48,024 bases of DNA from Candidatus Gottesmanbacteria bacterium (lineage in GTDB: Bacteria > Patescibacteriota > Microgenomatia > UBA10105 > UBA927), in the NCBI GenBank assembly GCA_016214885.1, contig JACRMP010000011.1, forward strand, positions 1 through 48,024. The letters run 5' to 3'. The notes beneath the pieces are model-generated. The model was not told the origin of the DNA. It did no database searches and saw only the letters and a list, made by a program, of their open reading frames with translations. The translations under genes and the position numbers were made by a program. How positions within the stretch are numbered: the stretch's first letter is position 1; each line of letters starts with the position of its first letter. Shown here piece after piece: positions 27,041 to 37,619 of this stretch.

Positions 27041-27771
27041 GGAGAAAAGGGATTATCTTTGGTTTTTCCGATTAATGGCGGCGGCAGTGCTCCGCTCTCC
27101 TGTGACGCGAGAGGGAAAAGTGTTAACCGGTTAATCACCCGGACATCCTCTTCGGTAAGCGTGGGCAGCACCGTCTTCGTACTTCCGATATTGGTAGGCA
27201 ACGGTTCATAAAACGCATCCATTTCGATCATTACGGTAAGCGGCTTATCCTCTTTCGGGAAAGCGATAGAAAACACGCGCACCCGAAGAAGCCTCCGCAC
27301 CCCCGGCACCAGTGCAATAAACTGCTGCACGGCATCCAAGGTCCCGTTGATAGTAACGGAAAACGGAATGGTACGGGTACCGAGTTTTTTATCCGAAGCC
27401 GAAACGGCAGTAGGAGTGGCAAGCGACGCCCCCCCGGAAATAGCCATGCTTACCACTGAAGTCCCGGTTTGTGCCGCAACGCTTTCTACCGTCTCGAACA
27501 CTGTAGGAAATGACCGTTCAGCAGGCACGGCGGAAAGCACGTTGGCTAAGTTAGTGCGCAACGTTGCCTCGTCCAAAGCACTTAACGTGTTTAATTTTTT
27601 CTGGAGCGATGAGGTTTCTTCTGAAAGCTTGCGCATTTCGCTCACCAATTCCTGTATTTTGCCAATAGAGGGAATTACGGCAAAAATAAACGCGGCGGCA
27701 CAAAAAACCAGGAGGGCTCCTGAGACACTCACATTCTGGTATTTTTTAAATGATTTGCTATCTGCAGACAT
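27037..27771 (-). CDS. PilO-like pilus alignment protein
   Basis: TM helix, coiled coil and ferredoxin-like domain (GTLDAVQQFI...RRLLRV); position after pilM-pilN. Confidence 0.7.
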   Translation of the reverse strand: MSADSKSFKKYQNVSVSGALLVFCAAAFIFAVIPSIGKIQELVSEMRKLSEETSSLQKKLNTLSALDEATLRTNLANVLSAVPAERSFPTVFETVESVAAQTGTSVVSMAISGGASLATPTAVSASDKKLGTRTIPFSVTINGTLDAVQQFIALVPGVRRLLRVRVFSIAFPKEDKPLTVMIEMDAFYEPLPTNIGSTKTVLPTLTEEDVRVINRLTLFPLASQESGALPPPLIGKTKDNPFSP

Positions 27772-27773
27772 AG

Positions 27774-28328
27774 TTAAAAAATCGGATAAAACGACACGGT
27801 AAGTTGCACCTGACCATCATCTCTGAGAGCAAACGAGAGCATCTGCGGTGTCCGAAGCGCACGCTCACCTGCCAGCGCCATAATGTTTGTTACAACATCC
27901 ACCGTTTCATCGATGCTCGCAAGCTCTAGCCCGGTACTTACCCTGCCTGTTTCGTCTATGGACACCGTACTAAACGCCTCTTCATAAGCTATATCCGATA
28001 ACACGGAAAACACTCTACCCCATGGCTTGGCGGCATCAAGCGCCTTATTGGCTATACCGACCCTTTCTTTAAGAGAAAGCAGAAGACCTTCCTTGGCGCT
28101 TTGCGTGTTTATCTCTTTTGCTATCGTAAGCCGTTTCGCCTGGATCCGTTCCGTCTGCACCCGGAGATAGAAATATGCGGATCCGATCATAAGCCCTACG
28201 ACGAACAGACCCGCCAGCGACCATAACGAGGCTATCCTCAGGCCTTCTTCAACCCGCGAAAACTGGCCCATAGAGCTGACGTCTTTTTTGATGAGGTTTA
28301 TTTGTGTGTCACCCATAGACTTGGTCAC
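27774..28328 (-). CDS. PilN-like protein
   Basis: INLI motif, TM helix, coiled coil; directly after pilM. Confidence 0.7.
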   Translation of the reverse strand: MTKSMGDTQINLIKKDVSSMGQFSRVEEGLRIASLWSLAGLFVVGLMIGSAYFYLRVQTERIQAKRLTIAKEINTQSAKEGLLLSLKERVGIANKALDAAKPWGRVFSVLSDIAYEEAFSTVSIDETGRVSTGLELASIDETVDVVTNIMALAGERALRTPQMLSFALRDDGQVQLTVSFYPIF

Positions 28329-28329
28329 C

Positions 28330-29358
28330 TCACGACTCTCGAAGCGCTAATCCGACGGCAACGGTGAACGTGGGGCCTTCTTTATCCAGTACGGCAAACC
28401 GTGGATCCCGTTTTATGCCCACCCAAGGGTTGGCAAGCTGCGCCTCCATCCCGATACTTTGGGCTATATACACCACCATACCCGGGAGTTTCGCCGTCCC
28501 TCCCGAAAGCAAGGTGACTTCCACCTTTTCGTCTTTATGTTTTTCTATATAGAACGCAAGCGCCCGCTTCATTTCGCCGATGATCGTATCCATGATGGGT
28601 TTGACTGCCGTGACGATTTTTCCCTGCAGCTTGTCTTTTTCCAGACCGTATGTCCTTTTAAACTCTTCTGCCTGGTTAACATTAAAGTCGAGACCCGACA
28701 CCAACGCCCGGCTCAATGCCTCACCTCCTGCAGATATAGAACGCGTAAATGCCAAAACACCATTACGGAGAATAGCCAGATCGGTAGTTTGCGCCCCCAG
28801 GGAGACTAACAATGATGCTCCCTTTATGCCGGCAACTGACCGGGAAAGGGCTCTGGCTGTTGCAATAATTTCTGTCTCTGCTGCAACGGGAACAAGCTCT
28901 GCAAGCTCGATGATAGCCAGATACTTTTCCAATAAAGTCTTAGGACACGCAACCAGCAGAACATCCATTTTGTCGGTACCCGTTTCCTTCGCGTCGCGGA
29001 GAATGGAGTAGTCAAGGTTCACTTGGTCAAGCGGAAGGGGGATATACTGCTCTGCCTCCCAGCTTATCGCAGAAGACAGCTCGCGGGGGCTTAACGGCGG
29101 CACCTCAATAACCCGGGTAAATACCTGGGATTCGGGGAGCGCTAATACAACAGACGTTGATTTCGCCCCTGTTTCTTTCATAAGCTGCTTTATCGCCATG
29201 GCGACCGCCTGATGATCCGCTTCAAGTGATGACTGGAGCGCCTTAGGAGGGGTGGGAATGCTTCCTGCTGCAAGAAGCTGCGGAACTCCGCCTGACGTAG
29301 CTATCTCTATAAGCTTAATACTGTGTGATCCTATGTCTAATCCAAGTAATGTTTTCAT
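28330..29358 (-). CDS. pilM: Type IV pilus assembly protein PilM
   Basis: GLDIGSHSIK, WEAEQYIP, LSGGTAKLPG, VAVGLALR. Confidence 0.93.
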   Translation of the reverse strand: MKTLLGLDIGSHSIKLIEIATSGGVPQLLAAGSIPTPPKALQSSLEADHQAVAMAIKQLMKETGAKSTSVVLALPESQVFTRVIEVPPLSPRELSSAISWEAEQYIPLPLDQVNLDYSILRDAKETGTDKMDVLLVACPKTLLEKYLAIIELAELVPVAAETEIIATARALSRSVAGIKGASLLVSLGAQTTDLAILRNGVLAFTRSISAGGEALSRALVSGLDFNVNQAEEFKRTYGLEKDKLQGKIVTAVKPIMDTIIGEMKRALAFYIEKHKDEKVEVTLLSGGTAKLPGMVVYIAQSIGMEAQLANPWVGIKRDPRFAVLDKEGPTFTVAVGLALRES

Positions 29359-29373
29359 GGGGCAGCTTTCCGG

Positions 29374-30258
29374 TTAATGTCCGAACGCAGACTCACTATA
29401 GATAACCGAGTCAAAAATAGAGAGGGGAGCGCGATATTGCTGATACACCACCACTTTGCGGCTAACTCCGGTACCTGTTGCCCCCACTGATTCTATCTGA
29501 TTTCCCTGCTTGGGAATTTCATTGATACCACCGTTTATCGCAAGCGTTGCATCCGTATAGTATGGCTTGATCCTGAGGGCGATCAACGTATCAAGCGCGG
29601 GATTGACTGCCGGAGCAAAATCGGTCGTAAAGTTAATGGTTTTCCCATAATAGCCAAGACCGCATCCCGTCGTGGTGATACCTGTCGCAGTAAAATTATT
29701 ACCCCTTGTCGCGGCATCTGGATCCAGCGCCATACGTGCCGTATGATAATCACCAAAAGTATCCTTATACAACACGGTGACTCCCAGCGCAGCGGCTACA
29801 TCGGGTGCAGTTTCCTGGCTCCAACAAAGTTCAATCGTGTTTGCGGTATAAAAAGGTGTTTCGTTAACGGCTCCTGTATCAGTATGTTCTACGAGCCAAA
29901 GTGTTTCCGTCGTGTTCTCAAGCGTTTTTCTTGCCATCTGAAATACTCCTGCAACACCCCCGATAACATTTACCGACACATCATAGGTTACCCCTGGGGA
30001 TAGTGTTACAGGGAGCGTTGTCCCGGCTCCCGTCCGCAACGCCTGTTCAATACCTGCTTCTGCAGCATTGAACGCCCGGGTGGACTCTTCGAGCTGATTG
30101 CTCATGGAAAGATCAATAGTTGCCCTGCCGATAAGGGATAGCGCTACGGTGGTAGCAACGGTGAGCACCAGAAGGGTTATTAACAGAATCTGACCGTTAT
30201 TTCCCATGGTTTTATATTTGGTAAATACTCCCATACGGTTATTGTTATATATTTTCAT
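29374..30258 (-). CDS. PilX-like minor pilin (start possibly 30234 or 30207)
   Basis: G|QILLITLL (no Glu5), RAFNAAEAGIE. Confidence 0.8.
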   Translation of the reverse strand: MKIYNNNRMGVFTKYKTMGNNGQILLITLLVLTVATTVALSLIGRATIDLSMSNQLEESTRAFNAAEAGIEQALRTGAGTTLPVTLSPGVTYDVSVNVIGGVAGVFQMARKTLENTTETLWLVEHTDTGAVNETPFYTANTIELCWSQETAPDVAAALGVTVLYKDTFGDYHTARMALDPDAATRGNNFTATGITTTGCGLGYYGKTINFTTDFAPAVNPALDTLIALRIKPYYTDATLAINGGINEIPKQGNQIESVGATGTGVSRKVVVYQQYRAPLSIFDSVIYSESAFGH

Positions 30259-30278
30259 GCCATTGACAATAGGAGCTG

Positions 30279-30833
30279 CTATTCGGAACTATTACGCATT
30301 GTTGCAGTCGTCTGAAATGATTCACTCGTCTGTTCAAATGCAGTGTCCGACATGCCCGATTGCGAAAGATCAAAAGAAATTTTTACGCTGGAAGGAACCC
30401 CCGCCCCTCCCGAACAAGTAAACGAAAGGGAACTGGCAGAGCAAAGTGTGCCACCCATGGTTACATTATCGCTGGTGAGGTATTCAGTTCTTAAAGCGCT
30501 GGTTGATGCAAGCCGTGTAGCTGTACCGTCAAGACGGCATTCATAGGTTGTTACCCCTTCGTCATCGTTAATGATGGTTAACGACTGTGAGACCGTTCCT
30601 GCACTGTCACAGGCAGAAGTAACCTTTTTTGCACTCTGGATCATGCGCACCATGGATTCCAGGGCAAGATCCCCGTTTTGTTTCATATCTTTGGATATTT
30701 CAGTCTTCGCATTCGTGCGAAGCGTCACCAGAAATACCTGGCTTAATACCACCGCAACAAGTGCGACAATTGCCACGGACACAATAAGCTCCAGAAGGGT
30801 AAAGCCGGCTTCCCGTAGCTTTCTCTGCGTCAT
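30279..30833 (-). CDS. PilW-like minor pilin
   Basis: G|FTLLELIV prepilin motif. Confidence 0.85.
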   Translation of the reverse strand: MTQRKLREAGFTLLELIVSVAIVALVAVVLSQVFLVTLRTNAKTEISKDMKQNGDLALESMVRMIQSAKKVTSACDSAGTVSQSLTIINDDEGVTTYECRLDGTATRLASTSALRTEYLTSDNVTMGGTLCSASSLSFTCSGGAGVPSSVKISFDLSQSGMSDTAFEQTSESFQTTATMRNSSE

Positions 30834-30861
30834 GGTTGGCAAAAAAGAAAAATTTTTAATA

Positions 30862-31308
30862 TTACTGCCTCCAGTCGCTAAGATATGTACGCAGTGTTAC
30901 CGTAGAACCTGTTGACCGGTCACCCCAGGAAACTTCGCTCGTTACATCCATAACGGAACCGCTCAGCACAAATGTTACGGTGCGCCAAAATGTGCTTCCC
31001 ACAGCTATTGGACAACCTGATCCGTCACTTACCGACCAGCTACCCGCTTCATTTAAACACCAGGCACCCGTGCCGCTGCTGTATGCAGAAAAATCTGCCC
31101 ATGGACTGGTATCCCGCAGTTTGCGCGCAAGCTCGACGCCTTCCTGGGCAAACTTCACCCCCTGGCTACGGTATTTACTCACCTGGGAATACCGAAGCGA
31201 TGCGGTGACTGCAGTAACCAAACCGGTTAATACGACGGCAATCACTCCCAAAGCCACAACAATCTCCAAAAGTGTCTGACCTCTCTCATAACGCCGGCAT
31301 TGTTTCAT
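30862..31308 (-). CDS. PilV-like minor pilin
   Basis: G|QTLLEIVVA, AQEGVE..R. Confidence 0.85.
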   Translation of the reverse strand: MKQCRRYERGQTLLEIVVALGVIAVVLTGLVTAVTASLRYSQVSKYRSQGVKFAQEGVELARKLRDTSPWADFSAYSSGTGAWCLNEAGSWSVSDGSGCPIAVGSTFWRTVTFVLSGSVMDVTSEVSWGDRSTGSTVTLRTYLSDWRQ

Positions 31309-31775
31309 TGGAACCCTCCGTCATTTACGCTCCCGTTGGGGGAGACGGTAAGACTGTATAGTTCACTTCCGTTAATGATAATCAGGCTCACGGGGGAGGC
31401 AATATTTATTGTGTTGGTCTGACTGAGAATCGTGAAGGCAGAAGGAACCGGCGAAAACGTGATGCCGGGAGGCAATGTAACCGTTTCAGAACCACCGACA
31501 ATGCCTTCAGGATTGCATTGATGCCCGATGGAGTAGGTGGTGGCGGTAAAACTTACATACATCCCGGTAAAACTCGTGCAGCCGCTCGTCGGTTTTTCCA
31601 CTGATATTGCTTTGGTTTGAGCGAGCCTGAGTGTTGATTTCAGCGTAAGCGCGGTTTGCTTAAGTCGCTCCCTGCGGTTAAACGAGTTAAATGTCGCAAG
31701 TCCCGCTCCCAACATGATAATGAGGATCGATATGACGATCAGTAATTCAACGAGAGTAAATCCTTTCTTCATCAT
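31305..31775 (-). CDS. FimT/GspH-like minor pilin
   Basis: G|FTLVELLIV, LRLAQTKA. Confidence 0.85.
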   Translation of the reverse strand: MMKKGFTLVELLIVISILIIMLGAGLATFNSFNRRERLKQTALTLKSTLRLAQTKAISVEKPTSGCTSFTGMYVSFTATTYSIGHQCNPEGIVGGSETVTLPPGITFSPVPSAFTILSQTNTINIASPVSLIIINGSELYSLTVSPNGSVNDGGFQ

Positions 31776-32245
31776 GGATTTTTCAGACCATATGTGTGAC
31801 CCGGAGGCAGAGTGTCCGTGCAGGTATCTGCAGGATTTTCTGACTCCAGCTGGGAACTAATACAATAGCCGTAATACACACCTCCTACGGCATTTTTAGC
31901 CAGATACATATAGCTCTGCGAAGACTTCGGGTCGGTAGGGATGGCTCCCATATACGTAGGAACTAAAATAGGGGTAAGCCCCGCAAGCGCGTCAGTGGCG
32001 CTCGATGCGGCCGTCCAGCTGCCGGATCCTACTGACGGGTAAAACCCGTTATCGGTGCGGTACATTTCAAGAGCGGCCCTGACCTGCTCCATGTCGCTTT
32101 TCCGTTTGGCGTCCCGGGACTGCTTATTAATAGTGGCGTAGGAAGCGATACCGATGGCAATCAAAATAGCAATAATAGAAACGGTTACCAAAAGCTCTAC
32201 GAGGGAAAAACCGGAGTGTGGCAATGAATAATCGGGTCGTTTCAT
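31772..32245 (-). CDS. GspG-like pilin
   Basis: G|FSLVELLV, SRDAKRKSD, ALEMYRTDNGFYP, IPTDP. Confidence 0.88.
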   Translation of the reverse strand: MKRPDYSLPHSGFSLVELLVTVSIIAILIAIGIASYATINKQSRDAKRKSDMEQVRAALEMYRTDNGFYPSVGSGSWTAASSATDALAGLTPILVPTYMGAIPTDPKSSQSYMYLAKNAVGGVYYGYCISSQLESENPADTCTDTLPPGHTYGLKNP

Positions 32246-32994
32246 ACGAGTAATCTAAGCCATATTTCCCATAAACTGCCGCCCCAACGAAAAGCTATGA
32301 GCGTACCAAGAATAAGAAACGGGCCAAATGCAATACGGGAACGCATTTTAGCTTTCCTGCTCATTATCAGTATGACACCCACTAATGCACCGGTCAAGAA
32401 AGCGGCATACAGAGCAATAATAATATTAGGATACCCCAATAACGCCCCCAAAAGCACGCTTAATTTCACATCACCGAACCCTAATCCGCGGCCTCGGGTA
32501 ACGAGCCACAAGAATAAAAATCCGCTCCCTGCTCCCAGCCCGGACATCAGATGGATAATGCGGTCCGCCTGGGGCAGACGGATCACGTATATAATACAGA
32601 AAAACAAAAGGGAGATAAGTAATTCATCCGGCAGGATCTGCTCTTTAAGGTCGATAACAAATAAAACAAGAAATAAACAAAACAGAAAAATCAGCGATAT
32701 CAATCCGACGGAATCAGCTGCCTGCGAGTAAAGGAGGACAAACGAAATGCCGCTGACGAGCTCTATCAAAGGATACTGATACGATAAGCGTTTTTTACAC
32801 CGGGCACACTTACCCCCAAGAAATAAAAATGAAATAACAGGAATAAGTTCATACCAGCGGAGAGGTTTTTTGCAATGATCGCAATGCGAAGGTTTCCAGA
32901 CAATGTTTTCGCCCCTCGGCAGGCGGTCAATCACTACATTGAGAAATGAACCGATCACCAGTCCGAATATAAAAACAATCCCGCTTATGATCAT
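32242..32994 (-). CDS. pilD: Prepilin peptidase
   Basis: GSFLNVVIDRLP, SHCDHC, CARC, IDL, GFGDVKL, FGPFL. Confidence 0.95.
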   Translation of the reverse strand: MIISGIVFIFGLVIGSFLNVVIDRLPRGENIVWKPSHCDHCKKPLRWYELIPVISFLFLGGKCARCKKRLSYQYPLIELVSGISFVLLYSQAADSVGLISLIFLFCLFLVLFVIDLKEQILPDELLISLLFFCIIYVIRLPQADRIIHLMSGLGAGSGFLFLWLVTRGRGLGFGDVKLSVLLGALLGYPNIIIALYAAFLTGALVGVILIMSRKAKMRSRIAFGPFLILGTLIAFRWGGSLWEIWLRLLV

Positions 32995-33075
32995 AGGTAT
33001 CAGTATCGGGGAAGTGGTACAAACAATCAAGAGACATTGCGGCTGGTGCTAAAAAAAAGTAGACTACACCGTGAT

Positions 33076-35325
33076 ATGCGGGCATATTGGGCAGATATTA
33101 CCAGCGTCATCACCATGCTTCTTCTCGTTGCGGTGTTTTTTGCCCGGCTTTTTTATCCGCAGCCCCAACTCATCGTCACGCCTGACTATGGAAGAAGTGA
33201 CGCATGGCATTTCAGCCTGCCCACCAAATACGCCCTATCCCAATCACTAGCCACCAATACGCTTCCCCTGTGGCGGAACGATATCGGGGGCGGATTCCCG
33301 CTTTTTTCAGAGGGACAAACCGGAGCGCTGTTTTTACCAAATCTTATCCTGTTTAAAACTCTTCCTATAACACACGCATATAATGCTGCGTTGATTCTGG
33401 CCATCGCAACGCTGGGGATTGGCATATATGGATTGTTACGCGTACTCAGATATTCCAGCGTTGCTTCCTTGCTCGCAGGAATAACCCTAGCGTTTTCCGG
33501 CCTATCCATAACACAGCTTACTCATATTACCCTGCTGCAGGGGGTGAGCATGCTTCCTTTTGTTGTTTTACTCAGCATCCTCACCGTAAGAACCGCTAGC
33601 CGTTTTTGGACCGGACTACTAGCCATAGCCATATCACAACAAATTTATGCAGGTTTTCCCCAGGCAAGCTTCATGACGCTTATTTTGTCGGGAATTATGG
33701 TAGCAGCTATCGCATTACAAACGAAACGCTGGCAGTCCGCTGCCTATTGGATAGGCGCCGTGATCCTGGGGATTGGCGGAGGGGCAGCCCAGCTCCTGCC
33801 TTCTTGGGAATTTCTGCGTGCCAGCACCAGCCCTGCGGGATTTACTCCGCAAACGGCCACCGCGTATTCCATGCCGATAGTCCACATTAAAACATTTCTT
33901 GACCCGTTTGCGCTGGGTAATCCGCGATTTGGTACCTACCCGCCGTTTTATAATTTTGACGGCAGTATTTTTTGGGAAAACACCGCATTCATTGGCCTTC
34001 TCCCGTTAATTATCGCCGGAGGAAGCTTTCTCCTTATCAAAAAAGATAAACCGCTGATGCTGTGGTGGGGGATACTTATCGCGTCAATCACCCTTGCTGC
34101 CGGCAAATATGCTCCTACATACATTCTGTATAGTATTTGGCCGATGACGCTTTTCAGAGTGCCTTCCCGTTTTCTCTGGATAACCATGATCGCCGTCGTC
34201 GTAATCGCCGCCCATGTCGTTGACCGTATACGGAAGAAACGTGCCTGGAAAATAAGCATCACGATACTCCTCATGCTACTCCTTATCGCGCATACACTTC
34301 AGCTTATGGGTACATGGTGGTCATATCATCTTGTTACTCCCGCAAGTGCGTGGATGACACCCCCCGAAACGGTGGCCGGAGTACAAAACGGCAGAGTTAT
34401 GACCCTGGGGGAGGGGAAAGTACACAACGATGTTATGACGACAAAAGGCTGGATCGACAAAGGGTTCTATTCATTTCTGAGGAGCGGCTTGTCTCCCGAC
34501 AGTAATATGCTCTGGGGAATATCCCAATATGACGTGTATGCAGGTCGTTTTCTTAAGCGCCCGTCGATCACTGACTCCATGCTTTCCGACAGCATCGCGC
34601 TTAGCCCCGCTATTGCCACCATTTCTTCCACAACACTCATGAATATATTTCCGGTAAGCCATATTCTCTCGTATATTCCCGTCGACTCCGCAGAACTCAC
34701 CCTGGTACAATCGCTATCCCGTGGCTCTACAATTCTGCGCCACTATAAAAATAACGGTGCGTTACCGCGGGCATATGTAACTTACGAAGCAACGACTGCG
34801 GCAACGCTGTCGCAAGCTGCTGCGACTATCACGGATAGTTCGTTTATTCCCGGAAAAAACGTACTTTTGGAATCTCACGCAGTCAATACATTTCCAGGTC
34901 TTGCGGAACGCATTGCAACGAAGACATCCATCGCAGCGCCAAAACCTGCAACCGTCACCTGGCAGGAAAACCGGCATGAATCGGTAATACTTACAGTGGA
35001 AACCCAACAACCCGGCTTTCTTGTCCTCACCGATACCTATTATCCGGGGTGGCGCGCCTACATCGACGGAAAAGAAACTCCCATATTCGCCGCTAATCTT
35101 TCCCAACGCGCTATTGTTCTCCCTGAGGGAACACGCACCGTACGGTTCAGCTACGCGCCTGAATCGGTTATCGTAGGGGGACGGATTGCAGCAGTGACAC
35201 TTATCGTCACAATACTTCTAATGATTCTTCCGATTGGCGTTCGAGCTTCTCGTATTCAGAAAAAAGCTCACGGGCACGCTTCTCATCCCCCAGGCACTCG
35301 CCGTATGCAGCTGACTCCATCCTGA
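33076..35325 (+). CDS. YfhO-family polytopic membrane protein (GT-C-type glycosyltransferase)
   Basis: PLWRNDIGGGFP, AQLLP, FRVPSRF, ALPRAY, LTDTYYPGWRAYIDG, final TM helix. Confidence 0.85.
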   Translation: MRAYWADITSVITMLLLVAVFFARLFYPQPQLIVTPDYGRSDAWHFSLPTKYALSQSLATNTLPLWRNDIGGGFPLFSEGQTGALFLPNLILFKTLPITHAYNAALILAIATLGIGIYGLLRVLRYSSVASLLAGITLAFSGLSITQLTHITLLQGVSMLPFVVLLSILTVRTASRFWTGLLAIAISQQIYAGFPQASFMTLILSGIMVAAIALQTKRWQSAAYWIGAVILGIGGGAAQLLPSWEFLRASTSPAGFTPQTATAYSMPIVHIKTFLDPFALGNPRFGTYPPFYNFDGSIFWENTAFIGLLPLIIAGGSFLLIKKDKPLMLWWGILIASITLAAGKYAPTYILYSIWPMTLFRVPSRFLWITMIAVVVIAAHVVDRIRKKRAWKISITILLMLLLIAHTLQLMGTWWSYHLVTPASAWMTPPETVAGVQNGRVMTLGEGKVHNDVMTTKGWIDKGFYSFLRSGLSPDSNMLWGISQYDVYAGRFLKRPSITDSMLSDSIALSPAIATISSTTLMNIFPVSHILSYIPVDSAELTLVQSLSRGSTILRHYKNNGALPRAYVTYEATTAATLSQAAATITDSSFIPGKNVLLESHAVNTFPGLAERIATKTSIAAPKPATVTWQENRHESVILTVETQQPGFLVLTDTYYPGWRAYIDGKETPIFAANLSQRAIVLPEGTRTVRFSYAPESVIVGGRIAAVTLIVTILLMILPIGVRASRIQKKAHGHASHPPGTRRMQLTPS

Positions 35326-37058
35326 GGTGGAGCGGAGAGGGCACAAACGCGTGCTGTTTTGCCCGTGCCAGCGCATCAAGTGCATTGGTACAATCTTTAA
35401 AATATAAATGGGAGAGTGCCAAAAGCTCAAGCGATTCGGTAAGACTGGAATCTCCCGACAAAGCAACTGCCGCGGCAAATTCACGGCGTGCTTCTTCCCA
35501 TTTTTCTGCCCGCATGAGTGTTTTACCCATAGCGATGTGCCCCGCAGCATACACATCCAGCACATCCGAAAGCATAAGATGCGGATACCGTGAAAGAATA
35601 CCCGACAGGGGATTATGCATAGCAGTAGCAGTCGCCAAATATGATGCGTACATATCCTCTGCTCCTGGTAATTCCGCGTAAGGTACCGCTTCATACAATA
35701 ATCCCCTCGGCACCCAATACCATCCCTTATCTATCGGCAAAATTATATTGCTATATACACGCGTCGATGCAGTTGAATTAACTTTGATAAACTCTGCCGA
35801 AAACCGTGCCGGAGGAGCATCCGGAAACAGCAAGCGCGGGAAGTGTTTTTTAAGCACAATCTGATAATCGGGAGTTGCCAACCGTGATGCATGGATAACG
35901 GCAGTGTCACCCCTCACTCTCAAACCGTAGCGCACATATTGTGTCGTAAAAAGCGTGGTATCCTGGCTTAATAACAATACACTGTTAGGTTTTGCGGTAG
36001 CCAGAATATCACGTCCCAGATTTTCCGCCGTCCGATCCTGTGGCAAACCCCAAAACCGCCACAGGGTAACCCCACCCATGGACACGGGGTACACCATAAA
36101 AGTAACAAATACCAAAAGCACCGTGGCTTTTATTTTTCCGCCGGTTAAACGGTGCGTTAACACGGTTTTCACGCGGTCAAGCAACCAGGATAGACCGCAA
36201 CCCACCGCGATAGCGATAAAAAGGTAACTCGGCAACAAAAAGCGTTCATACGTGCCCAAGGTAAACCTGTTCGCCAAAGGAAAACTTGCATAGAAAAAAA
36301 ATGCCGGCCCCAAAAAGAAAACGGCAATCATCCATGTTATGAACCACGGACGCAAATTCCTGTACCATGCAGCAACGCCGGTAACAGCCAAGATAACGCC
36401 AACCCAACTCCAATCGGTAACAAGAAAGGTAAAATAAGCCGAAACGGCAATGGTCCGTTCTCTTAGAGAATGACCTATTGATCCGCCTGACACAAACGTC
36501 CCGTAATCAGCCAACACGGTCACGATGCACATACACGTAATAGGCGATTGCCGGTGCAAAAAATAACATGAGGTGGTGGTGCGAAAGCGACAGCCCGTAG
36601 ACGAAAGCGGCGACTGGCAGCAAGCGTGCGTTTTTTGTATCCTTCCATAACACTAAAATATACCAAAGAAGTATTACAAATAAGTCAAACAGGGCAAATA
36701 CTTCCGGGGTACTACTGTAAAGAAAAAACAAGTAATTAGTAGCAATGCTTACCGCGCCGAATACAGCAGCGAATACATTTTTCCCTGTAAGTCTATATAT
36801 GAGCGCGTAAATGAGTCCAACCGCCGCTGCATGGGGGATGGACGAAAGCAAGGTGACGCGCCAAGACAGTGACCCAAGCGGTATATGAGCCGCAAGCCAA
36901 CCGAGCAGTGAATAGAGGGGATAGCCCGGAGGATGGGGGATACCGGCAATAACCGCTGCGGTAACGACATCGCCGCTGTCACCGGTAAAAATACCCTGCG
37001 CCTGGAAAAAAAGGAAAAGTGCAAAAGAAAAGAATGCCAATAACCACGAGCCGATCAT
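35207..37058 (-). pseudogene. DUF2723/TMEM260-like protein O-mannosyltransferase family gene, frameshifted near 36510
   Basis: N-part GDSGD...GIPHPPGYPLY, EVFAL, SHHHL stops at 36507; C-part resumes in another frame at ADYGTF, continues with ERFLLPSY and a TPR-like tail. Confidence 0.8.
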
Positions 37059-37088
37059 GTGGGCATTATATCAGAGTACCCGTAAGCA

Positions 37089-37601
37089 TTACTGGATACA
37101 GAAGTAACATTCAGAGCCGGAAGTTCCGGTCGTTTGCGCCTTACACGTTACCGATGAGGTAACTCCGCTGGAATCATATATGGTATTCAGATCTTCCTGG
37201 AATGCCTTGGATTCCGGTTTAAAGCAGGCAGAAAGATTTTCACCGCTAGTAGAGTTGACATATATTTTCTCCAGATTGGAGCTTCCTGCGAGTTCCTTAA
37301 AGCGTGCCTTCAGTTCTCCTACCGTGATAAGCTCGTCTATCCAGGAAGAAAAGCCAGAGTATGCCGGCCCTGCAGTAGCATCAGTACCCCAAGGGAATTG
37401 TCCCTTGGTAGAGTAGAACCGGAGATTAGCATTGTAAAACTCAGAAACCGTGTTCCGGAGAGATGTATCACGTCCTTTTTTCAGTTGTTCGAACGGATCA
37501 ATAGTGGCAAGAAGTCCTACGGCAAGAGCACCTAAAAGCGCGATAACAATAAGAAGTTCGATCAAAGTGAAGCCGCTTTTTGGGGCAAGATAATTTCTCA
37601 T
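37089..37601 (-). CDS. Type IV pilin (candidate major pilin)
   Basis: G|FTLIELLIVIALLGALA, IDPFEQLKKGRD, C-terminal cysteines; directly after pilC. Confidence 0.88.
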   Translation of the reverse strand: MRNYLAPKSGFTLIELLIVIALLGALAVGLLATIDPFEQLKKGRDTSLRNTVSEFYNANLRFYSTKGQFPWGTDATAGPAYSGFSSWIDELITVGELKARFKELAGSSNLEKIYVNSTSGENLSACFKPESKAFQEDLNTIYDSSGVTSSVTCKAQTTGTSGSECYFCIQ

Positions 37602-37619
37602 ATACATACAGGTTTATCA

